Of a DNA stretch of 64,000 bases, positions 32,394 to 43,357 are shown piece after piece. How positions within the stretch are numbered: position 1 is the stretch's first letter; every line of letters begins with the position of its first letter. Origin of the DNA: Cyclobacteriaceae bacterium. GTDB taxonomy: Bacteria; Bacteroidota; Bacteroidia; Cytophagales; Cyclobacteriaceae. Position numbers and translations under genes: made by a program. The stretch covers positions 20,476-84,475 of the forward strand of contig JAYVTC010000131.1 in NCBI GenBank assembly GCA_043774745.1. The letters run 5' to 3'. The notes beneath the pieces are model-generated. The model had not been told where the DNA came from. It saw only the letters and a list, made by a program, of their open reading frames with translations, and did no database searches.

Positions 32394-33824
32394 TTAGCTG
32401 ATGATTAATTTTTGACCAGGCTTAAGGCTATTACCTTTCAGGTTGTTCAGGCTTTTAATTTTCTCGACAGTAAGTCCAGGCATTCTTTTGGAGATATCCC
32501 ACAGCGTGTCTCCAGGTTGAACAGTATATGTTTTGGTATCAGGCGATAGAAGTGTTGGTTGAGATGAAGGCTGTGTCTTAGCGGAGGCAACAGCAGCCGA
32601 AGGGATTAACCAAATTGCCAAACGCTGACCAGAGTGAATCCTGTCGGTGTGAAGGTTGTTCCATTTTTTGATATCTGTTACTCTTACCTTGTAGCGCATA
32701 GCTATTGATCCCAACACATCCCCGGATCTTACTTTGTAAGAAATCATTTCACGTCCTTCGGTACTGCCACCGGAGAATTTTTTGGCTAATGCTTCTGCCT
32801 CTTTCTTGCCAACACGCGAAACGGAATCTAGAATAGCTACTCTGTTGAGACTAAGTGTTTCTTTCGCATGAATAGGTATTTTCATAATGTGAACCTTGCC
32901 ATTATCGGGTAAAACATTACGCTGCACCGATGGATTTAATTTCTGTAAATCTTCCAGACACGTGCCGGTAAGTGAAGCTAATGCTTCAAAGTGAATAAAT
33001 TGTTTTACTGCAAGGGTATCGGATGGAGGTAACTCTTCACGAGCTGTTTCCAGTAGATTATGCTTTTCAGCATAATTCATAGCATAAATCATGGCAATAA
33101 ACTGAGGTACATAGGCACGCGTTTCACGGGGTAGGTGTGGATATACTTCCCAAAAAGATTTTTTGTATCCTGATCTTCGTATTGCTTTGCGCACCGTGCC
33201 TGGGCCTGAATTATAAGCAGCCAATGCCAATTCCCAATCTCCAAAAATGGAGTACAACTGTGACAAGTAACGGCAGGCAGCATCGGTAGATTTTTCGGGA
33301 TCCATACGTTCATCAATATACCAGTCGGAATGTAAACCCATGTATCTTCCTGTGCCAGACATAAACTGCCAAAGTCCAACGGCTCTTGCCCTTGAAACGG
33401 CACGAGGATTAAGCGCGGACTCAATGATGGAAAGATATTTTAATTCATCGGGCAAGTTATATTGAGCGAGACTTTTTTCAAACATAGGGAAGAACAAGTC
33501 TTGTTTGCGCTGCATGGTGCGTGTGTATTCACGGTTGCGAACTGTGAAATAGTTGATGAATCCATGCACCGTGTTATTGTAAGTAAGCGGGATGACTTGT
33601 TGAAGGCAACTCAATCGATCGGCCAATAATTCAGGTGTATCATCGGCCGGAATGTATTCAAGATCATTGGGAAGTACAATGAGTGTAATGGGAACGCTAT
33701 CCAATGGAATTAAATCACCAGTGGGAGTTGGTAATTCCAATGTGTCTGTTTCAGTCTCTTCTTGGCCAAATAATACTGAGCTGGAAAAGACAAAAAATAT
33801 AGCCAGAACAAAATACCTCTTCAT
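32394..33824 (-). CDS. lytic transglycosylase with two LysM domains (MltD-like)
   Basis: SLT active-site context SIIESALNPRAVSRARAVGLWQFM and two C-terminal LysM repeats (YKVRSGDVLGSIA...; YTVQPGDTLWDIS...). Confidence 0.8.
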   Translation of the reverse strand: MKRYFVLAIFFVFSSSVLFGQEETETDTLELPTPTGDLIPLDSVPITLIVLPNDLEYIPADDTPELLADRLSCLQQVIPLTYNNTVHGFINYFTVRNREYTRTMQRKQDLFFPMFEKSLAQYNLPDELKYLSIIESALNPRAVSRARAVGLWQFMSGTGRYMGLHSDWYIDERMDPEKSTDAACRYLSQLYSIFGDWELALAAYNSGPGTVRKAIRRSGYKKSFWEVYPHLPRETRAYVPQFIAMIYAMNYAEKHNLLETAREELPPSDTLAVKQFIHFEALASLTGTCLEDLQKLNPSVQRNVLPDNGKVHIMKIPIHAKETLSLNRVAILDSVSRVGKKEAEALAKKFSGGSTEGREMISYKVRSGDVLGSIAMRYKVRVTDIKKWNNLHTDRIHSGQRLAIWLIPSAAVASAKTQPSSQPTLLSPDTKTYTVQPGDTLWDISKRMPGLTVEKIKSLNNLKGNSLKPGQKLIIS

Positions 33825-33869
33825 ATCACCTTCAAATTTTCAATTTATTCTGTGGTTTCTTTCTGAAAC

Positions 33870-35300
33870 TCAATCTAAGTTCTGCATTATTTCCGAAAAC
33901 TGAAACAGTTTTGATTCCTCAAAATCATCAGCCATGATTTGTATACCAATGGGTAATCCTTTTGAGTCCTTTCCACAAGGGATTGAGATACCAGGAACGC
34001 CCGCCACATTAGCCTGAACGGAATATAAATCCGCCAGGTACATCTCGATTGGATTATTGGTATGCTCACCCAGCTTAAATGCTGTTGTTGGTGTAGTGGG
34101 AAGGATTATAAAATCATGATTCGCAAAAATGGCCTTGATACTATCGCGTATTAATTTTCTTACTTTTTGAGCTTTAGTATAGTATGCATCGTAGTAGCTG
34201 GCACTCAACACAAAAGTGCCTAACATGATTCTTCGCTGCACTTCTTTTCCAAAACCTTCTGATCTTGTTTTCTTATACAAAGAAGTTAAATCATGAGTCG
34301 TTGTGGACCGATGACCATAGCGAACACCGTCATATCGCGATAAATTGGAACTTGCTTCTGCAGTTGCCAGAATGTAATAGGTTGGTAAAACATATTCATT
34401 CAATGGAAAGTCAATAGCGTCAACGGAATGTCCTGCAGATTTAAGTTGATCAATTTTTTTATAAATACTCTCCTTGATTTCCGGCTGCAGCGCTTCTGAT
34501 TCAAGCGTGTCGCGCATGTAAGCAACGCGATATTTTTTATTTGACGCAGCGTTTAATTCACTGCTATAGGATGGAACGGGTTGTGTTGATACGGTGCTGT
34601 CATATTCATCTTTGCCAGCCATTGTTTCAAGAACAATGGCAGCATCGTGAATATTTTTAGAAAAAATACCAACGCAATCAAATGACGAACCGTATGCAAT
34701 CAATCCGTGGCGGGAAATGCGTGAGTAGGTTGGTTTCAAACCGATCACTCCACAAAAAGCAGCGGGTTGACGAACGGATCCTCCTGTATCGGATCCAATA
34801 GAGATATCGCATAAGTCTGCCATTACAGCTACGGCTGAGCCACCGGATGATCCTCCTGCCACTCTTGTATTATCAAGGTCATTTAATACAGGTCCGAAAG
34901 CTGAATTTTCATTGGATGACCCCATGGCAAACTCATCACAATTCTGACGACCAATAATAATGGCATCTTCATCGAGCAATCGCTGAACTGCCGTAGCGGT
35001 ATATTGACAAACATACCCGTTTAGTATTTTGCTGCTGGCCTGAACAGGATGATCTTTGTAGGAGAGCACATCCTTTAGCCCAACAACTAATCCGGCAAGC
35101 TTGCCAGCCGTTCCATTTTTGATTTTGGAATCAACTTGTAATGCTTTCCCCCTGGCTTCTTTCTCATAAACAGTCAAAAAAACATTGAGATATTTCTTTT
35201 TGTCGATGTTGGCCAAAAAGATATCTACCCTGTCAGAGCAGGAGATTGATCCGTTAAAAAGGTTGTGTTGTAGATCTTTTAAATTAGCGTACGTCTTCAA
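33870..35300 (-). CDS. gatA: Glu-tRNA(Gln)/Asp-tRNA(Asn) amidotransferase subunit A
   Basis: Amidase signature GGSSGGSAVAV...GSDTGGSVRQPA. Confidence 0.9.
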   Translation of the reverse strand: MKTYANLKDLQHNLFNGSISCSDRVDIFLANIDKKKYLNVFLTVYEKEARGKALQVDSKIKNGTAGKLAGLVVGLKDVLSYKDHPVQASSKILNGYVCQYTATAVQRLLDEDAIIIGRQNCDEFAMGSSNENSAFGPVLNDLDNTRVAGGSSGGSAVAVMADLCDISIGSDTGGSVRQPAAFCGVIGLKPTYSRISRHGLIAYGSSFDCVGIFSKNIHDAAIVLETMAGKDEYDSTVSTQPVPSYSSELNAASNKKYRVAYMRDTLESEALQPEIKESIYKKIDQLKSAGHSVDAIDFPLNEYVLPTYYILATAEASSNLSRYDGVRYGHRSTTTHDLTSLYKKTRSEGFGKEVQRRIMLGTFVLSASYYDAYYTKAQKVRKLIRDSIKAIFANHDFIILPTTPTTAFKLGEHTNNPIEMYLADLYSVQANVAGVPGISIPCGKDSKGLPIGIQIMADDFEESKLFQFSEIMQNLD

Positions 35301-35303
35301 CGC

Positions 35304-35513
35304 TTAATTTTCGTCAATCTTCGGAACTTCTTTGCCGGCATCATCCACCTCTTTCTTCACGTCTTTTACGGCATCTTTAAATTCTTTAATGCCTTTGCCA
35401 AGACCTTTGGCAAATTCAGGAATTTTCTTTGCTCCAAAGAAGATCAACACGAATAAACCGATGACCACCCACTCGCCCATTCCGGGCATCCCTATTAAAA
35501 GAATTGTACTCAT
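35304..35513 (-). CDS. tatA: twin-arginine translocase TatA/E
   Basis: 69 aa with a single TM segment followed by [21 protein letters not shown]. Confidence 0.85.
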   Translation of the reverse strand: MSTILLIGMPGMGEWVVIGLFVLIFFGAKKIPEFAKGLGKGIKEFKDAVKDVKKEVDDAGKEVPKIDEN

Positions 35514-35599
35514 AGTGATTAATTAGAGCGTAAAGATAACGAAATATGATAAATGACCGATTAATATGGAGCCGATTCAGGCCATTTTTAACCGTTTAA

Positions 35600-36808
35600 C
35601 TAATTTTTAAGCCAGTCTTGCGGGTTTAAGGCATCGAAATTTTTACGAATCTGAAAGCGTAGCTCTGAAATACCTTCACCATTTGACAATACTTTTCCGA
35701 GTTCCTGATTGGTAGTTACTCGCTGGCCCTGCTTTACGGTAATGTCCTTTAAGCCAGTATAGACGGTGAAATAATCTCCGTGTTTAATAATAATTGTATT
35801 ACCCATGCCAGGTGTAAATGCAACACGGCTTACTTCACCATTAAAAATAGAGCGCACTTCTTCTCCCTGTTTGGTTTGAATGTTCACACCATCATTTTGT
35901 ATTTCAATTCCTTTTAGCACAGGGTGTTGTTGTCTTCCGTATCGTTGCGAAACAAAACCTGAAACAGGCCAGGGAAATTTATTTTTATTTTCTTCAAAAG
36001 AATTTGAAAGTGCTACGGTGGCATCCGAAACCTCCTTATTGTTTTTGCCATCTCTTTCACGCGCTTCGCGTGCGGCACGCTCCAACTCTTCTTTGATAAT
36101 TTTAGCAATTAATTCATCCAGTTCAGCCACCGCTTTTTTGGTTGCCTCCAGATCTTTTTTTAGTTGCTTTTCTTGTTTCTCCAGCGACTTGACTATTGAC
36201 CTTTGCTTTTCCTTCAAACTTGTGAGTTCCTTATCTTCATTCACCTCGTCAGCAAGCAGATTATTTTTTTCACTCCTTTTTAATTCTGTGATGTGAACCT
36301 GTTCGCGCAAAATCTGTTGCACTTTTCCGATTGCTTCGGCCTGGCTTTGTCTTGCTTTGCCATATTGCTCCATATACTTTAAACGCATGAGCAATTGATC
36401 AAATGATTTGGCTGAAAAAATAAATGTAAGTTTATCTACTTTGCCACTCGCCTTTTGTGCTGAAAAGATCATAGCGGCATACTCTTCCTTCAACTTGGCT
36501 ACATCTCTCTCGAGTGACTGAATAATTTGATTATTCTCAGTAATGTCGTAATCCAGAAACGAGATTTCACTCTCTATCGATTTAATTAATGATTCCTGCT
36601 GTGCAATACGCTGATTGAGGGCAACTAATTCGCCTAAACTGTTTTTCTTTTCAGCTCCTGTTTCAGCCAGAATTTTTTCTGTTTCTTTTATTTTAGCAAG
36701 GTTCTGTTGCTTTTCCCTTTGCAGTTGGGTTTTGGATTTTTGCCCGTATGCTGTAAAGCAAAAGAAAGATAGGAGAAGAATGAAACAAAGAGATCTACCT
36801 GCGGTCAT
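35600..36808 (-). CDS. M23 family peptidase with N-terminal coiled coil (EnvC-like murein hydrolase activator)
   Basis: Signal peptide, about 250 aa of heptad-rich K/E/Q sequence, and a C-terminal LytM domain (GVNIQTKQGEEVRSIFNGEV...IIKHGDYFTVYTGL). Confidence 0.8.
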   Translation of the reverse strand: MTAGRSLCFILLLSFFCFTAYGQKSKTQLQREKQQNLAKIKETEKILAETGAEKKNSLGELVALNQRIAQQESLIKSIESEISFLDYDITENNQIIQSLERDVAKLKEEYAAMIFSAQKASGKVDKLTFIFSAKSFDQLLMRLKYMEQYGKARQSQAEAIGKVQQILREQVHITELKRSEKNNLLADEVNEDKELTSLKEKQRSIVKSLEKQEKQLKKDLEATKKAVAELDELIAKIIKEELERAAREARERDGKNNKEVSDATVALSNSFEENKNKFPWPVSGFVSQRYGRQQHPVLKGIEIQNDGVNIQTKQGEEVRSIFNGEVSRVAFTPGMGNTIIIKHGDYFTVYTGLKDITVKQGQRVTTNQELGKVLSNGEGISELRFQIRKNFDALNPQDWLKN

Positions 36809-37559
36809 ATCGCTGGGGAATCTTGAAAGGGAATTTCAATTCCTTGTCACCTACTTCGGCTTTATTGTACTCAATGGTAATGGTATTGTTGATGATGCCG
36901 GCAGCGGTCTTGTAAAACACATTAACCACTCCGTTATAAGCGAAATTCTTATCGCCCAAAGGTTGAAAATTAGAGTATTCTACTTTCAACATATTGTTTG
37001 TGCTTGCTTCAACGAGTTCAACGTATTCAATTTTCTTCAGGATCGGGTTTATAAGATTTTTGATGGTAACCGACCCTTCTTTTTGAACCATCATATCGCG
37101 GTCGCCTTCCTGACCGATTTCGCTTTCAGCACTATTACTTTTGATGGGATTACCCAGCATAGCGGCCTCGATTACAGAATAGTCAATTTTAAAATTGAAT
37201 CGCTTTGAAAGTTCCTCATAGTCAAATACATAATACTCTTTATCTACTGTGCTCACAATCGTAATAGAGTCTTTATTGATAAGCGCTTTACCGCCCTGCA
37301 CTCCAATTACCGAGAAGGTCATCCAAATCACACTGTCTTTTCTAATGCGAATGGCTGCTTTAACTTCCCGTTCTTTTTTTTCGTCTTTGAATACCAGTCG
37401 AGCTTTTCCATGTAAATAACCAAAATCAATCTGCTCGATATCCAGTGTTTTAGGTGGCGGTGGAAGTGTTGGCACCGTCTTTTTACTACAAGATTGAAAT
37501 GCCAGTAATGCCACCGTTACGAAAACAAAGGGAAGTATTTTTTGCATGTGCACAACCAC
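36795..37559 (-). CDS. lipoprotein of unknown function (DUF4292/LolB-like)
   Basis: FQSC lipobox. It sits in a conserved position between the TPR protein and the M23 peptidase. The family call is from memory. Confidence 0.45.
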   Translation of the reverse strand: MVVHMQKILPFVFVTVALLAFQSCSKKTVPTLPPPPKTLDIEQIDFGYLHGKARLVFKDEKKEREVKAAIRIRKDSVIWMTFSVIGVQGGKALINKDSITIVSTVDKEYYVFDYEELSKRFNFKIDYSVIEAAMLGNPIKSNSAESEIGQEGDRDMMVQKEGSVTIKNLINPILKKIEYVELVEASTNNMLKVEYSNFQPLGDKNFAYNGVVNVFYKTAAGIINNTITIEYNKAEVGDKELKFPFKIPQRYDRR

Positions 37560-37591
37560 AGATTAGAAGCCTTGAGGGTTTATGAATATCA

Positions 37592-39385
37592 TCAATTCAG
37601 TTTTCGGTTATTGATTTTTTTATCAAGCGCAATATTATCTCCACCCGTTTGCTTGGCCTTTTGCCATTGTTTAACAGCCAGGTCAATATCCCCTAACTGG
37701 AAAAGAATATCTCCATAGTGTTCTAAATGTGTGGCCGACACCGGGCCCCCTTCCACTACTTTTTCAATTACCTTCCGTGCTTCTTTATATTTTTCCTGAG
37801 CGAATAAAACCCATGCTCGCGTATCAAGGTAAGATTGGTTTTCTGGAAATAGCTTAACCAGTTGAGCAGACATCTTGTCGGCCTTATCAAGATTTTTTTT
37901 TCGCAAAGCAAGGTAGTAGCTGTAGTTATTAAGCACAATATCATTGTTGGGATTATAAGCCAGGGCCTCTTCGTAGGCCACATCTGATTTGGCATACTCT
38001 TTTGACCCCTCATAGGCATCACCAAGCATGGAATTAAGTTCGCTTACAAAAGCAGGGTTGCTTGAAGAAAGTTTTTTTGCCTGTTCGAGTGCATCGGTTC
38101 CCTCACGATATTTTTTCTTGCGAAGGTGAGCGTAGCCATTGAAATAGTAGGCCATAGCCTGGTTAGGGAATAATTCAAGAGCTTCCTCGGAATGCTTTAT
38201 CAAGCTGTCGAGCTGATTGCCTTCGCTTTCGAGATACATCAGATTTTGCCAGGCATCAAAACTGACTGAACCATCTTTAACAGCTTTTGAATATTGTTGC
38301 AGCGCCTCTTTATCTTTTTCAAGGGTCATGTATAAGTCTCCGCCAATCAGGTGCACATTTGGGTCTGCTGGATAATTTGCTTCCAGTTTTTTGAAAAGAT
38401 CAAGCGAAAATGATTCTAATTCCTTGTCAGAAATTTTCTTGCTTTTGTTGTTGGATAGGGTGGTTGCATACACACCCATCATCATCACTTTGCTACTTGC
38501 ATCAACGGATGGATCATCAAATACCTGCTGTACATATTCTCTGGATTTTTGTTCCTGTCCGCTTTCACGATAAAATCCAGCCAACATCATCTTCGAACTT
38601 CCCACATCAGAATGATCCTTGATAAAATCCTCTACATATCCGATGGCTTTCGGAGTTTGTCCATAACGAGAAAGAGTTTCTGCGAATCCTAGAAGGTAAC
38701 GCTCCTCATCAGGAAATGCCTGGATAAGTTTTTCACCTTCTGCAATGGCTTTGCCTACATTATCGCGATCTAAATAAATACGCTGCTTTTGAAGCGATGA
38801 CACTTCATCAACGCCCATAATGCTTTCTGCCCGGTCATAAACTTTAAGCGCCTCATCTTCTTTTTTATTATAGAGATATAGGGCTGCGAGTTCATATAAA
38901 TAACCTTCGGTGCCCTTTACCTCTTCAAGCATGGTTTCAAGTGCGTTGGTGGCTTTACTAAATTCACCAAGACCAGCGTAAATGTTGGAAGCCAGCAAGT
39001 AAAAATATTTATTCTTCTTTTCGTATTTGAGGGCGGTTTCTATGCTTTGAGATGCTTTTATCAAGTCCTCTTCTTTTGTACCCTTGGCAAGTATTTCAGC
39101 AATTTTGTAATGAACAGTGCCGTTTGTTGGGTTTAATTCGGCTACACGCTGAAAGTATACCAGCGCTTTTGCGTAATCTTCAAGAATAAAATATTTCTGA
39201 GCTTCTGTAAAGAAAAATTCTGCCTCACGCAGTCGCGCTTCCGAAGATCGTTGCTCGGGCTGTGGTGCCTTTCTTTTCTGTGCAAACACCGGTTTATTTG
39301 TCAGCAGAGTGAAAAGTGCAAGAAAGAATATGAATGAAACTCTTTTTATCAACGTCTTAGGATCAAATCGTACTGAAATCCCCAA
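37592..39385 (-). CDS. tetratricopeptide repeat protein
   Basis: Repeated 34-residue A/Y/L-patterned units throughout (e.g. YAKALVYFQRVAELNP, AMAYYFNGYAHL). The true start may lie downstream of 39385, because that start overlaps the upstream gene by 23 nt. Confidence 0.75.
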   Translation of the reverse strand: MGISVRFDPKTLIKRVSFIFFLALFTLLTNKPVFAQKRKAPQPEQRSSEARLREAEFFFTEAQKYFILEDYAKALVYFQRVAELNPTNGTVHYKIAEILAKGTKEEDLIKASQSIETALKYEKKNKYFYLLASNIYAGLGEFSKATNALETMLEEVKGTEGYLYELAALYLYNKKEDEALKVYDRAESIMGVDEVSSLQKQRIYLDRDNVGKAIAEGEKLIQAFPDEERYLLGFAETLSRYGQTPKAIGYVEDFIKDHSDVGSSKMMLAGFYRESGQEQKSREYVQQVFDDPSVDASSKVMMMGVYATTLSNNKSKKISDKELESFSLDLFKKLEANYPADPNVHLIGGDLYMTLEKDKEALQQYSKAVKDGSVSFDAWQNLMYLESEGNQLDSLIKHSEEALELFPNQAMAYYFNGYAHLRKKKYREGTDALEQAKKLSSSNPAFVSELNSMLGDAYEGSKEYAKSDVAYEEALAYNPNNDIVLNNYSYYLALRKKNLDKADKMSAQLVKLFPENQSYLDTRAWVLFAQEKYKEARKVIEKVVEGGPVSATHLEHYGDILFQLGDIDLAVKQWQKAKQTGGDNIALDKKINNRKLN

Positions 39386-40364
39386 GATCTAAGGCTAAGG
39401 AATTTCCCTCAAAATTAACGAAATTTCCTAACAGGCTATTGTCTAAAATTGCTTTCCTGACCTGGCTGTGCTTTTGAATAATCGAGTTCGTTATCCTGGA
39501 ATCAATTATAGTTGTTCCTTCACTGATGGACACATAGGGTCCCACTATTGAGTTTTCGATCACTACATTTTCTCCAAGATATACAGGGGGGATCAAAATA
39601 CTATTTACAATCTTCGCCTTCTCTGACACCAACTTTTGTTCTTTGATGAATTCAAGATATCGCTGGTTGGTTTGCACCATACTGTCTTTGTTGCCGCAGT
39701 CGAGCCATTCTTCCACCTGGCCAGGCACAAAAATGGAACCTTTCTTTTTCATGTGTTCCAATGCCGTAGTAAACTGAAACTCACCTTTCTCCTTAATGTT
39801 ATTGTCTATAAGATACTGCATTTCATCCCTTAACTTTTCTCCATTCTTGAAGAAGTAGATGCCGATGATGGCAAGGTCAGAAACGAACGTGGAAGGTTTT
39901 TCGACTAGCTCGGTGATTTCTCCTTTCTCATTGAGTTTCACCACACCAAATTGGGATGGATTAGCAACTTTTTGTACCCAGATGGTGCCATCAAGAGTTG
40001 TATCGAGTTTGAAATCAGCCTTAAAGAGTGTATCTGCAAAGGCTACGATAACCTTGCCGCTAAATAATTCTTTAGCAAAAAGAAGAGCATGTGAAATTCC
40101 AAGGGCTTGATCCTGATAATAAATCCTTCCTTCGGCTCCTACCGCTTTAGCGACAGATTTCAAATCTTCCTCAACCTGTTTGCCAAAAGAGGGATGAACG
40201 ATAAATCCTATATAGTTAATTTTTTCGGGGCACACCTGGGCAATGTCTTCCACCAAACGGTGCACAATAGGCTTGCCGGCAATCGGTAGTAACGGTTTTG
40301 CTGTAGTAAGTGTATGTGGTCGCAGGCGTTTGCCTAAGCCAGCCATGGGGATAATAATGTTCAT
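39363..40364 (-). CDS. sugar-phosphate nucleotidyltransferase with C-terminal left-handed beta-helix
   Basis: MNIIIPMAGLGKRLRPHT nucleotide-binding loop and a C-terminal hexapeptide-like region (IENSIVGPYVSISEGTTIIDSRITNSII). Confidence 0.7.
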   Translation of the reverse strand: MNIIIPMAGLGKRLRPHTLTTAKPLLPIAGKPIVHRLVEDIAQVCPEKINYIGFIVHPSFGKQVEEDLKSVAKAVGAEGRIYYQDQALGISHALLFAKELFSGKVIVAFADTLFKADFKLDTTLDGTIWVQKVANPSQFGVVKLNEKGEITELVEKPSTFVSDLAIIGIYFFKNGEKLRDEMQYLIDNNIKEKGEFQFTTALEHMKKKGSIFVPGQVEEWLDCGNKDSMVQTNQRYLEFIKEQKLVSEKAKIVNSILIPPVYLGENVVIENSIVGPYVSISEGTTIIDSRITNSIIQKHSQVRKAILDNSLLGNFVNFEGNSLALDLGDFSTI

Positions 40365-40401
40365 GCAGATAGATTTTATTGAAGTAAAGCTAATAAATTC
40401 T

Positions 40402-41847
40402 TCAAGCGACCGGCTGGGTAAGACTCTTTCTTTCGATGAGGAAAATCACTCCACAAAAAATGATAACCACAAGCAGATCAAACCCCAGATTGACCCATAG
40501 GTTGTCAATGCTGATGTTTGTTGCTGCAAGCATTATGCAATAGGTAACGATGATGTAACCAAGGTCTTTTATAATGGTGTAAGGTATTGGGAAGAATCGT
40601 TGACCTATGATATAACAGACTACGGCCATCGTGAAATAGCATAGAAAAGCGGCTATACTGCTTCCCATGTATCCGGCCACAGGGATTAAAATAAAATTGC
40701 CGGCCACGGTAATAAATACTCCAATCAATGTGATGATGGTGCCATAGTGGGTTTTGTTTGTGAGTTTAAACCAGACACTCATGTTGTAGTAAACTCCTAA
40801 GAACAGGTAGGCCAACAGTAAAACGGGTACAATGCCAAGTCCAACCCAATACTCTTCGCCAATAAAAAATAATTTAATAAAATCCATATTGATGCTGATG
40901 CCAAGTAACACCACGCAGCACACGATCACAAAATAATGATTGACTTTGGCAAAAAGAGCCGTTGAGTTTTTATCAGCAGCGTTGGAAAAAAAGAAGGGCT
41001 CGGCCGCATAGCGAAATGCCTGAATCCCCAAATTCATAAACACGGCAAATTTATAACAAGCCCCAAAAATTCCTCCGGCTTCTTCGCGTGTTGTGCCTGC
41101 ATAAAAATTTTCTGGAAGCCACCAATCCAGCATACTTCTCGAGAACATCTCGTTGATCATGCCGGCTACACCTGTAATCATGACTGGATAGGCATAGTGC
41201 AACATTTGTGGTGAGATATCTTTATCCCAGGCTGGCCGCCAGATGATAATTGTTTTGAAAAAGAAGATGATGAAGAATGAATTAGCAATAAGATTGGCCA
41301 AGAAAACATAACCAATGCCAATGAAGGGATCAAAACTTATTTTCAGGAAATAGTAGTTCAAACCAATGAGCACAGTCACATTAAATATTTTCGTTACAGC
41401 AAACACCAAAGCCTTTTTTTCGAGACGAAGTCGTGCAAATGGAATGGCAACCAGAGCATCAACAAACATGGTAAGGGTTAACCAAATGATAAACTCCGGA
41501 TGTGCTGCAATATTTAATGCGTTGGCTATTGGCGAGGAGAATGAAATAAAAATTACGGATAATGCCAGGCTAATGAAAACGACCGTTGTCTGGCTCAGAT
41601 TAAAAATTCGTTGTTTGTCAGCTTCGGGTTTTGTGGCAAATCGAAAAAAAGCCGTCTCCATGCCAAACATATACACGATGTTGATCACACCTACAAAGGC
41701 ATAGAGTTTAGTAATCTGGCCATACTCAGCCTTGCCAAACATGTTAATGGTGTGGAGCGGAACGAGTAAGAAATTGAGCACCCGGGGTAAGATGCTGCCC
41801 AATCCGTAAAGGGCTGTTTCGCCTGCCAGACGTTTGAGTTTACTCAC
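40402..41847 (-). CDS. MOP-superfamily polysaccharide/oligosaccharide flippase (Wzx-like)
   Basis: 481 aa with about 14 TM segments and an N-terminus (LKRLAGETALYGLGSILPRVLNFLLVPL) typical of polysaccharide biosynthesis flippases. Confidence 0.75.
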   Translation of the reverse strand: MSKLKRLAGETALYGLGSILPRVLNFLLVPLHTINMFGKAEYGQITKLYAFVGVINIVYMFGMETAFFRFATKPEADKQRIFNLSQTTVVFISLALSVIFISFSSPIANALNIAAHPEFIIWLTLTMFVDALVAIPFARLRLEKKALVFAVTKIFNVTVLIGLNYYFLKISFDPFIGIGYVFLANLIANSFFIIFFFKTIIIWRPAWDKDISPQMLHYAYPVMITGVAGMINEMFSRSMLDWWLPENFYAGTTREEAGGIFGACYKFAVFMNLGIQAFRYAAEPFFFSNAADKNSTALFAKVNHYFVIVCCVVLLGISINMDFIKLFFIGEEYWVGLGIVPVLLLAYLFLGVYYNMSVWFKLTNKTHYGTIITLIGVFITVAGNFILIPVAGYMGSSIAAFLCYFTMAVVCYIIGQRFFPIPYTIIKDLGYIIVTYCIMLAATNISIDNLWVNLGFDLLVVIIFCGVIFLIERKSLTQPVA

Positions 41848-41999
41848 CTGCTGCTTTAATTGTTAATTTATTTAAGATCAGGAAACAAAGGTGCAACATA
41901 AGAAGCTTTCTATAAAGCCCTCAAAAATCAAGATTCAATAAGAGGTTTCTGATAAACCTGAAAGGACATTAAGTCCTAAAAATTAGTTACTTTCGCGGC

Positions 42000-42007
42000 T
42001 AAATTTG
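42000..42007 (+). promoter_or_regulatory. candidate Bacteroidota -7 box (TAnnTTTG)
   Basis: TAAATTTG lies 42 nt upstream of the ATG at 42049. This is a motif match only. Confidence 0.3.
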
Positions 42008-42048
42008 AATGAACACTATTATAAAAACCTGATTGAGTCAAAGATTAT

Positions 42049-43167
42049 ATGAAAAAAAGACTTCTTGTTCTTGTTGTTATACTTGTTGGTGGTGGGTTTT
42101 TATCAAAATCATTTGCTCAAAAGACGTGCACTTCAAACCCGACTACCATCTCCTCGAATATAAATTTTGGCGCGATTGCCTGGACAGCCTCTGGAGGGGC
42201 AACTGTTGCAGAATGTAATGACATGGCCGATGGCCTGATAACCTTTACAGGAAATGTAATAGTAGATTTGGCCAACAGCAAAACCATTACAATAAGTAAT
42301 AATGTTTCAATTACCGGTAATTTCCCTATCTCAGGTGGCCCGGGATCACTTCTAAGCATAACAGGGAACAGCACTTTGTATGTAACAGGTGATTTAGGTG
42401 ATGCAGCCAATAATGGGGTTCAATACAATGTTGCGGCAGCAGGAGACAAAATAATTGTTGATGGTACGCTCTTCGGAAAAAATAATAATGCTTTTACTGG
42501 CTCCGGATCGATTAGCGGAGGCACGTTAGATGTTAAAAACGGATCGACTTGTGGAAGTCCATGTCCTGTTTCAGGCGGATTTACAAGTTGCACCTCAGGA
42601 GATGCCTTTTGCGCCACATATGGAGTCCTTCCAATAGAACTTCTTTTCTTCAAAGGAGCCAAAGGCTTAAATAATGTATCACTTTCCTGGGCAACAGCCT
42701 CCGAGCTAAACTTTGATTACTTCGATGTTGAGAAATCCTCAGAAGGCACAAATTTCTACAGCATTGCCAAAGTAAAAGGCAATGGCACAACAAACATCCG
42801 CCAGGATTATTCTATTAATGACGAAAAGCCATTGACAGGGAAAAATTATTATCGCTTAAAGTCTGTGGATTTTGATGGCTATACCGAGTATTTCAATGTG
42901 ATCATGATTGATTTTGATGGCAAAAAGGACTTCTCTATTTATCCTAGTCCTTCCAATGGATTAACCCTCAATGTGGAAACGAATTTTGCACCTAACAAAA
43001 ATTCATTTGTTGTTCTATACAGCACAACCGGTGCTGAGATAGCACGCTTCAAAGTAAACGGAGAGGTATCAACGTTAACTTTGCCAGTGAAATTAGAGTC
43101 AGGTTGGTATTATGCCAAATTCTTATCCAGCGAGTTCACCTCAGTATCGCGTATTTTAGTGAAGTAA
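42049..43167 (+). CDS. secreted T9SS cargo protein, paralog 1
   Basis: Signal peptide, then a Gly/Thr/Asn-rich N-domain with Cys pairs. A conserved module follows (LPIELLFFKGAKG...LSWATASELNFDYFDVEKS...YYRLKSVDFDGYTEYF). The C-terminal sorting-domain-like tail reads FSIYPSPSNG...LESGWYYAKF...ILVK. Confidence 0.7.
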   Translation: MKKRLLVLVVILVGGGFLSKSFAQKTCTSNPTTISSNINFGAIAWTASGGATVAECNDMADGLITFTGNVIVDLANSKTITISNNVSITGNFPISGGPGSLLSITGNSTLYVTGDLGDAANNGVQYNVAAAGDKIIVDGTLFGKNNNAFTGSGSISGGTLDVKNGSTCGSPCPVSGGFTSCTSGDAFCATYGVLPIELLFFKGAKGLNNVSLSWATASELNFDYFDVEKSSEGTNFYSIAKVKGNGTTNIRQDYSINDEKPLTGKNYYRLKSVDFDGYTEYFNVIMIDFDGKKDFSIYPSPSNGLTLNVETNFAPNKNSFVVLYSTTGAEIARFKVNGEVSTLTLPVKLESGWYYAKFLSSEFTSVSRILVK

Positions 43168-43357
43168 TTTTTTATAGCTACTAGCTCTCATTATAGTCGC
43201 CTGTGTCAGGAAGACTTGATATGATTTCCCCAGCCCTGAGCACCCATTCTTTTTGAAGAATAGCCAATTTTTTTGGTTGAGTAATGATGAAATTTTAATG
43301 GTCAAGCTATTCAAGTAACCGATTTTTAATTTAAATTAGGTGTTCTAAGTCTGGCTT

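Noticed and set aside
36615-37208. 197-aa plus-strand ORF
   Set aside because: It is antisense to the overlapping EnvC-like and DUF4292-like genes and has Ser/Phe-rich mirror-frame composition.
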